From the human T2T-CHM13v2.0 reference genome, Homo sapiens, in assembly GCF_009914755.1 (NCBI RefSeq), contig NC_060936.1: a stretch of 64,000 nt of DNA, one strand, 5' to 3'. The number at the start of each line of letters is the position of its first letter. Within the stretch, counting starts at the first letter, position 1. A model generated the notes under the pieces. It worked only from the letters and a program-made list of their open reading frames with translations, ran no database searches and was not told the DNA's origin. The translations under genes were made by a program, and so were the position numbers. Of the stretch, positions 30,221 to 44,969 are shown piece by piece.

Positions 30221-32080
30221 TTGTAAAGCTTAGTAGCAACTTTTTTTTTCATATGCTACTTTGCGTGTTTTGTTGCTGAACTGGAAATAAACGTTAATTT
30301 TTAGGTAATAAATTTCAAAAAATGTAACAGGGACACTCAGCCTCTCTTCTGGTAATTATGCCCATGACACTGTCATTTGCAGGCCTTCTTTAAAATTCCA
30401 CTTGGGCAGTTAAAAGAACATAAAATGACTTTCTTAGAAGCTTTCCTGAAATTTAAATTAACCACAATCATTAAACATTCCCTATGTCAATAATTTGACT
30501 TTCCTACTCAAAGTTTTTTAAGGCATCAGTTTTGTCTAGCGTGGTTTTTTTCTTTAGAAACCATGTTGGTTATGTGTGAATTGCCCATCTTTTTACAATC
30601 TCTGCTCAATAAGTTTATACAATGAGTCTCTGGTAAGAGACAGACGTGGGAGTGAAAATATTTCTCCTTAACCACAGGAAGGGATTTTTTACAATGCCTT
30701 TAGCTGCGGATACCGAGGGTACCTCACCCAGCAGGAAGGAGAGGGAACTATACTTGGGCTAAACACTTTCATAAACTACTTCTCATGGAAAAGAAAATCC
30801 AAATAGTGGAAATTTCTTTAAAATATCCATGTGCCTTGAGATAGAAGAAAGCCCTTTCGTTTAAGAAAAATGCACTTAAAATTAATGAATACCTTGTGAT
30901 CCAAAAACATTTTATACATATACGTTCAGGTGTTTTGAAGTGGAGTGAACTTCTATTTATAGAGTGTGTTGCGCTTTATTATATAGTATTATGCATTTAC
31001 ATTGATGATCAAAGAACATTGTATCTGTGCAGGCATGGGTTCCGAAAAGGCTGAAAAATTCCAGGTGAGCCGTGGCAACAACCTCTAAAGGATCTAGGAA
31101 CCTAAAGAGGATCTGCCTTTTATTTAATAGAAATCTTAGAAACAAAAATAACTGACATGGCTTGAATGTCAATTGTTTAAAAAAAAAAAAAAAAAAAGGA
31201 AAAAAAATCTATTGTGTGGTCAGGCAGTTATTTTTATCATCTAGGCATAATTTTTACCAAAGAAACAAAACAATCAATAATGTTATAAAAGCCACTTATA
31301 CTCTGAGCTTGAAACAACTGCTTTATGCCACAAAATTCCTATTGCTGTCTCCGTTAGTGACTAATTCAATATGTCCTGAATGTCAACGTATTTTTATTAC
31401 TCAGCTAAAGTTGGCTTTGCTGGATTAAATGTCATTTAAAATGATCAATTGGCAGCTTGTTTGGGGTTGTTTTCACATTTATGAAAGGAAAAGTTTGCCG
31501 GATACAAATGTTCTTGAAGCTGATAGGGAAACGGTGTTCTCTGGTAAGCCCTGCCCTTCCTTTTGCCATCTGATAAGTAGATAACATTCTAGGTCCTAGT
31601 TTGATGCCTCCGAAAAACCAACATGGCAGCCCAGTGCAGGTTAAGCCCTTACATTGGAGAAATGGTCTGGTTCACGTTTCACTGTTTTATGAGAAGTAGA
31701 ATGTACCATTACAGTAAAAGAGAAGCAACAGAAACATGCAGTGAAAACGCCCATGCTTGTGGTTAGAGAACTGTCCGCTTTCTTTTTGCTCTACAGTAGG
31801 CTTCTGAGTGGAGTGCCTTCCGCCTAGAGTCAAGAGGGCTGCCATGATGTCACCCACCTTCATATGGGCAAAATGTCTTTATATGAAACTGTAAAAGACA
31901 ACCAGGTCGTTTCTTAATTGCTGAAATTTATTAAAATGAACACACTAGAAAATCACATTCCCAATCCAGAGGAATCCAATGGCGTCGTCAGCCTATTTGC
32001 AATGGAAATGATTGTAAACCTATAGGGAGACATAGGAGGGGCTGCACACAAACTACTTTCGTTCGTCCTGATTTACTGGC

Positions 32081-32390
<310 letters not shown>

Positions 32391-32527
32391 TAATTTACAG
32401 GCACTGTATGTGATAATATGTGATTTTGTCAGATGTTTTCCAGTTGGAAGAGATTATGGAAAATTAAAATGTGTCTGCCATTTGATAGTAGGACAAATAC
32501 TGAAATATTAAGCCACAGCTGAGTTCT

Positions 32528-32873
32528 GGCCTTAGTCCTTTTGGGGCTGCTCTGACAAACTGCCGTAGACTGGGTAGTTGGTACGCAATAGATACGGATT
32601 GCTCCACAGTTCTGGGGGCTGGGGAGATCAAGGCCCTGGCAGATGAGGCATCTGGTGAGGGCCCACTTTCTGGTTCATAGACAGCACCTTCTTGCTGTGT
32701 CTTCACTTGGTGGAAGGGTGAGGGGTCTCTCTCAGGCCTCTTTTAAAAGGGCACTAATCCCACTCACAGGGGTGGGGCCCCCAAGACCTAATCACCTCCC
32801 AAAGGTACCTTGGTAGTTAGTTAGGATTTCAACAGATGAATTTGGGGAGGACATGAAGATTCAGACCACAGCA
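32528..32873 (-). mobile_element. MLT1A-like MaLR solo LTR
   Basis: cttagtcc...gggcactaatcc...acctaatcacctcccaaagg...attcagaccacagca. Confidence 0.82.
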
Positions 32874-33544
32874 GATCTCTATTTTCCCTTTATAGAGAAA
32901 GTAATTCAAGACAAGGAGATGCTTACAAGGGAAAAAGACACTTTGCCACTTTTTACTGCTTTGCTTAGAAACTAGAATCATCCTCCTTCAAATGCCTGTA
33001 AAACGAGCTAGATTATTCTCAGTCTGCAGTAGGACACTGATTTCTCAAGGTACTTAAGATGCTTGGGTTGCTCATCTTCTCCACACCCCCACCTCAGCCC
33101 ATCCCCTGGCAATACAGAATGCAGCCATGGCAAGACGGGGTGGGCAATAGAAGTGGCTGGACAGCTTCTGTTGTTAGAATGGGGTTCAAAGTCCAGGACT
33201 ATGGTGTTGTTGTTTTAAGAAGGAGGCCACTTGTCCTTTTCCAAAACACAATGAGTGACACACCACATTAATGTTTAAACACAGATAATACAGAAGAAAG
33301 GATTCCATAAGGGATACTAAAGATTTAGGGCTGCTGTACATTTAATGGTAGTTCCTTGAAAGATTAAGCTTCTGGAAAATGCCACAGTTTTCTGCCAGTG
33401 TCTTCTGCTATTCAAAGAGAACGCTGGAGTTCAGAAAAGATACACTGAGCAGGTGTACTTTGTTCTGGAAAGTCCTAAGATTTTATAAACATACACCCAT
33501 TAACGAGTTTCTCTGAGACTAGAAATTGCATTGGGAAGTGTGTC

Positions 33545-33900
33545 ATAGCATGGGTTTTGGGGTCATGCACAGCCAAGAATCCTGTGTGTCATTCATAAGC
33601 TGTGTCCTCCTGAGTAAATCATCAAACCCTCTCAGCCCCAGCTTCCTGATCTATAAAATAGGAATAGCAACAGCACCTGCCTCATAAGGCGGCGTAAGGG
33701 TCAGATGTAACCAGGCTTGTCGAAGCCACAGCACAGTACCTACAAATAGCACCCACTAAATACCGTTGTTATTTTTATTACTTTCTCTTCCCTCCCATTA
33801 TCACTAATATAATAATCCTGTAAAGTAAGTGCTGTTATTCCCACTTCATAAGTGAGGCAACAGAACCTCAGGAAGGTTAAGAAGCGTGTCCAGGGTGGCC
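33545..33900. mobile_element. MIR fragments (two, opposite orientation)
   Basis: MIR cores ctcagccccagcttcctgatctataaaatagg and cccacttcataagtgagg. Confidence 0.55.
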
Positions 33901-34415
33901 CAACTGAATTCCCCCTTGTAAATATATCCCCAGAGAAGGGTGTATGTTTCTCTGCAATGCGGATGTGTTGGCTGTAATATATTCCAAGTCTCAACTGGAC
34001 ACTCCCCTTTCAAATGTGCCAGGCCTAGGCCTTGCCCAAAGTAAAAAAGAAAGAACATTGTAGTGCAGGAGTCCAGAGTGCAAATCCTTGTGACCTCAGG
34101 CAAGTTATTTCAACCTCTCTGAGGATCAGAAATAATACAGGTAAAGTGCCGAGTTCATACTTGTAATTCAGTAGTTGATCTTCCATCACCAGCCATTCTG
34201 ACAAGTGCCTATAAAAAGTGGGCATTTCCAGAACCATGCAGTGAACACCTGGAAATTGGTGCTGCTCCTCATCTGGAGGCCAGTTAACCTTTAACTCAAC
34301 CTAGAAGGCACACATCTGTCCCCAGCTGCCTCTCCAGGTTCTGCTGGAGGGCAACCACACACCTTCACAGCACACATCCAGAAAGTCATAGAACAAGGGG
34401 AAGGTGTACATCATG

Positions 34416-34743
<328 letters not shown>

Positions 34744-35459
34744 TAATTTACTAGCCCACAGCCAAAAACCAAGGCCCAACACCATGCCTAGTCCATATTA
34801 AATCACCTAACACTTAATAAAATATCCATTGCCTGACTAAATGTTCAAACATCAGTTCTGCAAGTGGAGAAAGTGACTTTTGCACTGGGTTCCTTTCTGC
34901 CATGATCCACTATATCAAAACATTTTTTAAAGACCTCCAAAATGTGATAGAATGAGAATATCTGTATCTCTTTTTGAAACCATGCTAGCCACAGTTCCCA
35001 CAGTCAGAGTCACCAAGCCACATAGTTTTTCTTTTCCCACCATTTTTCACTCCTCACTCCTTTTTGCTGTGTTTTAGCCTACCCCAGCCTTCTCATCTTT
35101 ATCCATCCATCTCCCACCAACACCAGGATAACCTTTTCACTCCACTATTTTTTACCACACAGCTCTCTCTGTAACCATCAGGACCCTCTTTCCACCCTTT
35201 TTTCCTTCCAGCCTGCATTTAACACACATTCAGAGCCCATTGATTCAGTTAGAACTTGCCTCCCGTCTTTCACATGGGTTCTGCCCAGGTTTAAGTTTGG
35301 GTCACGACCGTGGACTTCTGGGTCACTGTATCATCATCTGTGGAGGGAGGCTGTCGCCTGGATCATCTCTGAGGCCTCCGGTGGGTCAAAGGTCACACAA
35401 CAGGACCTCCCTCCATCTTTCTGGGCCTCCGTTTCTTCCCGGTAAAACAAGGAAGTTAG

Positions 35460-35750
<291 letters not shown>

Positions 35751-37004
35751 TAAACTAGTGCCAAAATGAAGTCCTTATCCCTGGATTGGAGGATAATCGT
35801 CTGTCTTCTGCTTTTTACGTCTGCCCATACTTATTTAGTTTATTCCTTGCTGGGCAAGCAATTAGGCAGTTGCAAAGGGAAGGAAATAATTAAAGATGCA
35901 TCTTGCCATTTGTTCCTGAGACCAGGTGCCCATTAACTCACATATCCTGGTTTGCTGGGCTGCATCATGAGTGACTCTTGTTTCCACTCCCCTTGACCTG
36001 ATCCCGCCACCTCCACTGTTGTTAGGAACTGGGTAAAAGGGAAGTACAGCAAGACTCTCTGACTCACAGGGGACCTTTGGGAAGTGCCACTACTTTTCTG
36101 CTCAGTTAGAAACTCCCATGTTCCCCAAAGCCCATTTCTTTATAGAAAATACTTAGATTCTGACTGTAAAACATCCCCTTTATAAGCAAGCGATGCAAGA
36201 AGTTTGCCCCACAATTTCCCAAACTGGGAGGAGGGAATGGAATTGAATAAAGTCTTTTGCAGTAAGGAAGACTGCTCAAGTGCGCAGTTGTAAAAAGCGG
36301 GTAACCGTGATCCAGGCCAGTCGATAGGTGGACCTGAAGCAAAGCCTGATGTTGGCATGGTGGCACAACCCCAATCCGCTGAGTGAGTGAAAAGGCAGGG
36401 AGGCCCAGCCAGGTGTGCCCAGACCTGCAGCCTTCTAAGAAGGCAGTGGGTAATGCAGACCATGACCAAATATGGCAAGGCCCCACTGACAGACACTTCC
36501 ATGTGTGAGTCACTGAGAAAAATCCCTCTGCTACTCCCACTGTACCATTGCCTCGGGCCCAGAACCACTGTATTCTTGCTTCCACAACAGGAATTTAAAC
36601 AAAAGAATTGTCTTCCTTAAAATGACAGACCAGAAACACAAGTTTGAGAAAAGGTCATTGCAACAAAAAAAAAGAAATGCTGTGTGGGTCAGAAGGTGAA
36701 GGGTGACCCAGAGATAGGGGGAACCTGCAGGAAATTCCTCAGGCGGAGCAGAGAGCGGTCTTGGGAAAAGGAAATAAGCGAGGCTGCTATGGGATCTGCT
36801 TTATTAGCTAGGGCTCCAGGACTTCGGACAAAGGGTGATTCACCTTAGGAGTAAACCTTGGTGACAGTGAATATAAAAAGCTAAAGGGTGGGGACAGATG
36901 TGCCTGGAAGGCAGCCGATTAGCAGGTAGCTTCCCAAACTGGCAGGGCCACAGGCAGCAGCTGAAGAGCTTTTATTTTAATAGCTCCCGCAGTGCCTTTT
37001 CTGA

Positions 37005-37163
<159 letters not shown>

Positions 37164-38602
37164 TAGCACTTCCTTTTTCTCCTTTCCTTCTTTTGGGAGG
37201 ATGCTGTTTTCTTTAAATAACGGGGAGTGGGGGGAGACTGTTAAGATCTCTACCTGCCTATCGGATACCCAAAGCCAATCATTGCTACAAACTGGATACC
37301 AGGTACTGGTTTGTTAGGATTTAAGGAAAATATTTTTTTAACTTATGTCTGTCCTGTAATAAAGCCAAAACTAAATGAACAGAATCTGACTCACCTTTAA
37401 AATAACGCAGTGACCAAATAATATTATGTGGCATTAAAGTCCGGTGTAGTTAAAAGCACAAAGTCAATGGCAAAACAAGGAATTAAACCTAGACTTCCAG
37501 GTTACCATCGCTGTAAGGCAACTTTCTGAACCAGTATTTGTCAAAATGCAGGTAATGACCCACAGTGAGTCATGAAATAGATTGAATGGGTCCATCAGAG
37601 CTTTTTTTTTTAATGAAATAAGGATAGGATAGGATAGAGTTGAAAATGCCAGACTGCATGACATGTAGCAAGAATGACAGTTGATTCATGAAAATGTTGT
37701 TCCAGGTGTGTATGTACGCGATGAGTCATGATGTAAAATGTATTTCTTATAGTGCATCGTAGTCAGAATAAGTCTACAAGCTGCTGCACTAGAATTTTTC
37801 TTTCCAGAATTCCTCATAGATAATGAGTTCCAACCAAGTTAGCCTGCCACCACATAGATTGTAATTCCAAGTACTATGCAAGAGAGGAGAAAGAACTGGA
37901 AGAAGAAGGAGGGATCTGAAGGACCAATCAGGAGATGTAGAAGTAGACCTCTGGTGCTGGTGGTAGTCATTAGCGGGGCCAACTGCAGGTTGGTAGAAGT
38001 GAGATCAACAAACACAACCTTGGGTGATGACTTTTGGCAGGTGGGCCAGAAGAGAGTGGCAGATGGGGCTAGAGATGTAGATTGTGAATTATCTATATAC
38101 AGGTAGGAAGTGATACCATGTATGAACAGATGAGCTCACTGATATGATTAATTTATTGGAAAGAGCAGAGAATCTGGTCTTTAGCATTGGGAAGGAATGG
38201 TAACTTAGGAATAGTAAAAGCAATTAAGATCTTCAAAAGAAACGGGAAAGGCTCTTCAGGAAAGGGAAACAGAATAGAAGGAATAAAAAAAGAACCCTCC
38301 ATTCTCTGGCTCTACCGTATGGCTTTTCTTCATCCTTCAACCTAAACGCAGTCCTTGGCTCCCTTTCTTCCCACTCTATACCTTTTTCGTGGATGAACTG
38401 ATCCCGACACACAACTTCATTTATCACCTCAGTGGTTAGGCTCTTAAATCTCTATATCCAGCTCTAAAATCTCCCTGAAATTCCAAATTTGAATGTCCAA
38501 GAGTTTCCTGTAGGCTGTGTCCCCTTAAATATCACATTTAAGTATTTCAGACATGACATCTTCAAAACAGACACTTGTCTCAGATTAGAAATTCCACCCA
38601 GA

Positions 38603-38980
<378 letters not shown>

Positions 38981-39018
38981 CTACAGTTCCCTTTGACTCC
39001 TCCTGTATCCCAGTCATT

Positions 39019-39215
39019 GTGCTAGATGGACCATTGGCTCTTCAGCACCATTCCCACTCTATTCTGTGTTGCAGGGGCTAGAAGCCTGGGAACTACATTT
39101 CCCAGAAGGGAATGTTGCCAGAAGTTCCCAGGTTGGAGTCTTTCAATGACAAGCAGTTTCATGAGATCTGGGAGACTAGAAAAAAGTAAAGGCTTCCCTG
39201 GCAGTGGAAGCTGAT
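39019..39215. mobile_element. Possible ERVL LTR fragment (LTR33/LTR41-like)
   Basis: tgtgctagatgg...ggggctagaagcctgggaactacatttcccag resembles old ERVL LTRs. Confidence 0.4.
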
Positions 39216-39512
39216 GTCTGGACTTCATGATTCACATCGGGATTCACTCAACAACGTCTTTCTGTCTCTAGTCCACTCTGCTGCCTCCTGAAACCATAAT
39301 ACAAACTGCCAGCTGCCCTACAACACTAATACAGTTCCCTATGCCAGAAATGTATATGACTAACTTTTGCCTTTTTAATACCTACACCCTCAAGGCTCAA
39401 CCTCAAGTCTGTTGCCCTGAATGAGGCCTTCTTCAGCTGCTCCAACACACATAGCTGTCGTCTTCCATCATCACCTGGGTTTCCTGGAGCCCTTAACTAC
39501 ACTACAATTTGC

Positions 39513-39513
39513 T

Positions 39514-39545
<32 letters not shown>

Positions 39546-39980
39546 TAGACAGAGCCTTGTTCTGTCACCCAGGCTACAGTGCAGTGGCACAATCTCGACT
39601 CACTGGAACCTCCACCTCCTGAATTTAAGCAATTCTCATAATTATCATGCCTCAGCTAATAGTAGCTGGAATTACAGGTGCCTGCCACCACACCTGACTA
39701 ATTTTTGTATTTTTAGTGGAGACAGGGTTTCGCCATGTTGGCCACTCTTGTCTCAAACTCCTGGCTTCAAGTGATCTGCCCACCTTGGCCTCCCAAAGTG
39801 CTTGAATTACAGATGTGAGCCACTGTGCCTGGCCAACTTGTTTGTTTTTCTAGAGACAGGGTCTCACTCTGTTGCCCAGGCTAGAGTGCAGTGGTGTGGT
39901 CATAGCTCACTGAAGCCTCAAACTCTGGGCTCAAGCCATCCTCCTGCCTCAGCCTCCGGAGTAGCTAGAGCGACTACAGG
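39513..39980 (-). mobile_element. Alu dimer (39513-39834) followed by an AluJ right-arm fragment (39838-39980)
   Basis: Two consecutive reverse Alu segments. Confidence 0.85.
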
Positions 39981-39996
39981 ATTTATATTTTGAATA

Positions 39997-40072
39997 CAGG
40001 TTGAGTATCCCTCATCTGGAATGCTTGGGACCAGAAGTGTTTCCAGTGTTTGGATTAGGGATGCTCAGCCTG
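39997..40072 (+). mobile_element. 76-bp Tigger4 (Zombi/MER46) deletion derivative, MITE-like
   Basis: TA-caggttgagtatccct...agggatgctcagcctg-TA: both TIRs and a TA TSD. Confidence 0.85.
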
Positions 40073-41561
40073 TAGTTTTATGTGTCAAGTCCTTCTCCCC
40101 GACAACTAGATTATAAGCTCCTAGAAGGTAGAGGATTCTATTTTTTATCATTCTATATTAAACCTTTCAGTTAATGCTTATTGACAGCCTGGTGTGGAAT
40201 ATCAGAAGCTTAATATGGGAAAGTCGTCAAAAGAAGAAAGGGGTGGTTTGGGGGGCCAAGCATAGGACATCTGTGGAGTTGGCTTAGAGGGGCTCTTTAT
40301 TGACTTCGGATGTGGAGGGAGAAATTTTAGTTAGGGGATAAAAGAGGAGAAAAACTGCAGATGCTACAGATCATACTGCTGGAGAAGTTTGCCAGTAATG
40401 AGCAGGAAAAGCAGTAGTAGCCAGAAGATTGATAGGCTTCCAATAAAAGATTTTCAGTAAGAGAAAGGAATAGTGCTATTAGTGAGGGAGAGATTAGTCC
40501 ATTTTGAGGAAATGAATGTTAGAAGCCAGACTTGCCACAAAATGAAGGTTTCTTGGTATAAGACCTAGTATGTAATCAAGTGAGGTGTTGAATTGTAGAT
40601 ACTCTTTACAAGATGTTTGAGTGTTGAAGAAGATGGAGGTTTAAGTGTTGAAATCATGGACTAGTGCCATTAAGCAGCTCTTTGATGAGGAGACAGAACA
40701 CAAAGAATGAGTAGGACTCAACTCGTGAGAAGAGTCAGGAGGGCTCCAGATAAGGGAAAAGCTAAAGATACATGGGAGAGCATGCGCCATGATTTATACA
40801 AGAGCCAAGACCGCTAGACTGCATTGGGTTCATACTGATGAACAGTGGAAAATAAGAGCTTCCTAGGTAAAGATGGCAGAAAGACCCGATGAGCGGAGCA
40901 AAGGATGCACCTTTGACTTGATGAGTGGTCATTTTAGGCTTTTGCATGTGGAGGAATGAGAGAAAATGTAAGCTCTAAGATAGTGGCGCAGGGCAGAGTA
41001 TATGGGGAGAGAAAGGTGTGCAGGCACAGAAGGGGACTGGAACGGGTGCTCCTACAGTGTAGGCGGAACATCTGCAACCAGGCTGCCTTCCTGAGCCATG
41101 TAAATTATGGTCAAAACATGTCACTGATGTCACTTCCAGTTTAACCCATTGAACAGGAAGATGAGGCTTGCTGTACACCCCAGTTGCAAAGGTAGACAGA
41201 CTAAAGAGGGTTCATTGCTGGCATTTTGGGTGAATCAGTGATAACATTGTAAAAGATTTTTTTTTTTTTTTTTTTTTGCCCTTCCAATTTTCCAGAAGCT
41301 CCACTAAGTTGTCCTATTGTCAGCATTTTTCACTTAACATTTAACTATATCCTTTGAAATTTAAGTAAGTTTTGAATACCATTTCCTGGGCTCACAGTCT
41401 GGAATGGAAGTGGATATACAGCTCTCATGAGTCTGTAAAATCTAATTCTGTAAAAGAAAGAACATATATACATGGTCTGGACCAAGGCTTTCTCGTGTGG
41501 TCATGCATTAATGCACCACGTGATCCCAAAGGGTGCTCACTACGTCACAGACAGCCTAGAC

Positions 41562-41859
41562 TTTTTTTTTTTTTTCCAATAATTAGGATTTCACTTTGTC
41601 ACCCAAGTTAGAGTGCAGTAGCATGATCATAGCTGACTGCAGCCTTAACCTCCTGAGCTTAAGGGATTCTCCCACCTCAGCCTCCCAAGTAGCTAGGACT
41701 ACAGGTGCACACCACCGTACCCAGATTTTTTTTTTTTTTGGTAGAGGTGGGGTCTCGCTATGTTGCCCAAGCTGGTCTCAAACTCCTAGGTTCAAGTTAT
41801 CTTCCCAACTTGGCCTCCCAAAGCACTAGGATTATATGCATGAGCTACCATGCCTGGCC
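41562..41859 (-). mobile_element. AluJ
   Basis: Diverged reverse dimer ~215 bp upstream of exon 8. Confidence 0.85.
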
Positions 41860-42034
41860 CTAGTCTTTTTAAATAAGCATTTTACCACTTTTTAGACAGT
41901 CAGAGAAAGGAGTACCTTTTCCTAATTTGCACTAAGTTAACATTAATCTCGGGGTTCAGTAGCTCTCCAGCTGTATAAGATGATGGAGTCTTTCTTTATA
42001 TACAGGCTAGAGTTCAGAGTGAAGACAGCTTTAG

Positions 42035-42181
<147 letters not shown>

Positions 42182-44934
42182 AGGAACCAACAGTCCACCT
42201 CAGCGGGCCAGCAGCCCAGGGAACCCCTGCCCACCAGGATTGCTGGAAGTGTGACGGAGCAGGCGGGCTGAGGAGAGTGGAAAAGGAAGCGACCCAGAAA
42301 TGGCAGGGACACTTCTCTTGCAGACCAAGAGGGACCCTGGAGCACCTTAGACAAACTACCCAGCACAGGCGGGGCTGGAATTCTGGCGGAGGGCACGAGC
42401 CTGGGACTCCATGTCACGTTTCCTTCTGATTTGGAATCTCTCCATCTGTAATTCCTCACCCTCACCCTTCCACCGTTGTTAGTATCATGGTGTTTTTGTT
42501 TTTGTTTTTGTTTTAAGAACCTGCAGTTTGACTCTTCATCGTTCATCTAGGGGAAGACATCTGATGTTGTTTTCCTATGGAAATATATATCTATTATATA
42601 TATATATTTTTTGCAAATCTCACAAAGTGCGGCAAGCCCAGCTGGTCAGGAAAGAGAATACTTGCAGAGGGGTTCAGGTTCCTCTTTTTCCTGCCACGTG
42701 GATCAGGTCTGTTCCTGTTACTGTTGGGTCTTGGCTGAAAAAAAAAAATGCTTTTAAAAAAGATAAAATGAAAAGGAGAGCTCTCTTTTTCTCTCTCTTG
42801 CTCTGTTCTTCCCTTGGTCCCCTCTGTCCTCCCGCCCTGCCTGCAGTTGAGATTCAGATGCCTTCTGACAGAGTTCAGCCTCTTGGAGAGTCTTGGGGAT
42901 TGTTGGCACCTAAACAGAATCAGTGACCCGGGTGCTTTGTGGCCAGCAGCACAGAATCAAACCCGCATCCCAGCATTGGGCCACCCATCTGAGGGAGGCC
43001 AAAATCATCACAGATGCTGCTGTGCTGCAGACAGATACATGCTAGTCCAGAGAGCCGCCCCTGAGATGGCTGTGAGAACCATGTGTCTAAGGCGTAAGAT
43101 AAGGATGGAAGGCTGTCCAAGTTATTTGGAAGGCCTCGGCAGCTTGGGATTAGCTTGGGAGCGCAGCGCTGCAAAGTGGAAAATATGAAAAGACCACACA
43201 GGCCCAGCAGTCCAGAAACTGGGCAAAAATATTCTGCAGTGGGGATTTATTTTTCCAAAGCAGGTAACAGAGGCTAGTGAGAAAGAAAAGCTCCTCTCTG
43301 CTCCATTCCAAAGGCCATCTTGTGGTCAGTTTCATGCCCTCACCTGATTTTTTTTTTTTTTTTTTTTTTTTCAATTCCTAACCTTTTTCAAAGTTTCCTG
43401 GTCTCCACTGGACACAGAGCTTTGGAGACGGAGGATCCCAGAGGGCAGTCTCAGTTGCAATCAGTGTTTGCCCAGCCTGGGCAGACAGGAAATTCCTCGG
43501 ATACATTATTTTTTCTTTCTTTCATAGCTGTGTCTCAGAAAGGACCCATTTGTGGCTCTTTTTCACCTCAAAATAAGATCGATGGTATCTTGTAAAATGA
43601 GGGTAGTGCCACTTCTTAGTATTTTTGAAAGCTGTTTTAGATTTTTTTTTTTTTTCCTTTTCTAGCCATCTAAATTGACTCTTCCAATATAGGTCTCAGA
43701 AATCCAATATTTGGAGTACAATTTCTTTTAATCCAGATTACACCTGCCTTACAAAGCACCCCCTCCTTGTTCCCCTCTGTTTCCTCTACTCAGTTGGGGG
43801 AGAAACTCACAGCTCCTCCGGGATACATATGTGCCCTCAGCAGCAGCTCCCAGGTGAAGTTACCAGACCCCTGGGCTTCTCCCCAGCTTTTTCTGAGTTG
43901 AGTCAGACATGTAGAGTTTGGGTCACACAGGCAAGAGGAATTTTCCCTCGGCCTTACTGACAAGGACACCAACCTAGGGTGCAAACAGATGGACTATGGT
44001 TCAAGGACACTGGAATTGAGGAGCTGATCAAGGCTCTCTTCAGCCTTGCTCTGTCCCTGCCTCTTATCAGAGCACAGGTAGACACACGGGCATAGCCAGC
44101 CCACTCCTACTGTCACAGGCGCCCCACCATTCAACCTTCCGGGAGGTCAGGGACCTTCTATATGAGGCGAGTGGGTCTCAGTCTGCTTGAATGGTGATGA
44201 GATTCTGCTGGATCTCAGCACGCTGCAGGTGTCTTTTGAGAGCATTCAGTAGGACATGGTGATCCCTATTTCAGCCTCTAAGATGACTGGTATTCTATCT
44301 GAAATGCAGAGATTAAGCCAAATACCTGATGTATTGTGAAAGCCACTGATTTTAAGAATGGAGAGAAAGGGATTTTTTACTGCATCCCTCTGTATGAATA
44401 TGAAATCAGAGACCAGGGCATGATGTTGCTAGGATTAGAGCCTCTCAGTCTGGCCTCTTCACCCAAGTGCAAGAACTCAGTCTCTTACTGTTCAAAGAAA
44501 GAATCTTAACAGTTGAATTATGGAGGGAAATTCCCTTTTGCCCCAAGCGTTTCTATATTTAAAGCAATATCCCAGGAGAATATGTTAGACTTAGGATGAT
44601 ACCTTCAGCCACTTGAAGAAGAAATAGAAGGCGCTCGTTCCAATATAGTCTTTATTTCCCATTCAGATACAGGTTGAGCATCCCTAATCTGAACAGTTAA
44701 AACCCCCAAATGCCCCAAAATCCAAACCTTCCTGAACGCTATGACACCATGAGTGGAAAATTCCACACCTAACAAACACATTTGCTTTCTTATGGTTCAA
44801 TGTACACAAACTGTTTTATATAGAAAATGATTTCAAATATCATAAAATTACCTTCAGGCTATGTGCATAAAGTATATATGAGCCATAAATGAATTTTGTG
44901 TTTAGACTTTGTGTCCATCCCCAAGATCTCTCAT

Positions 44935-44969
<35 letters not shown>

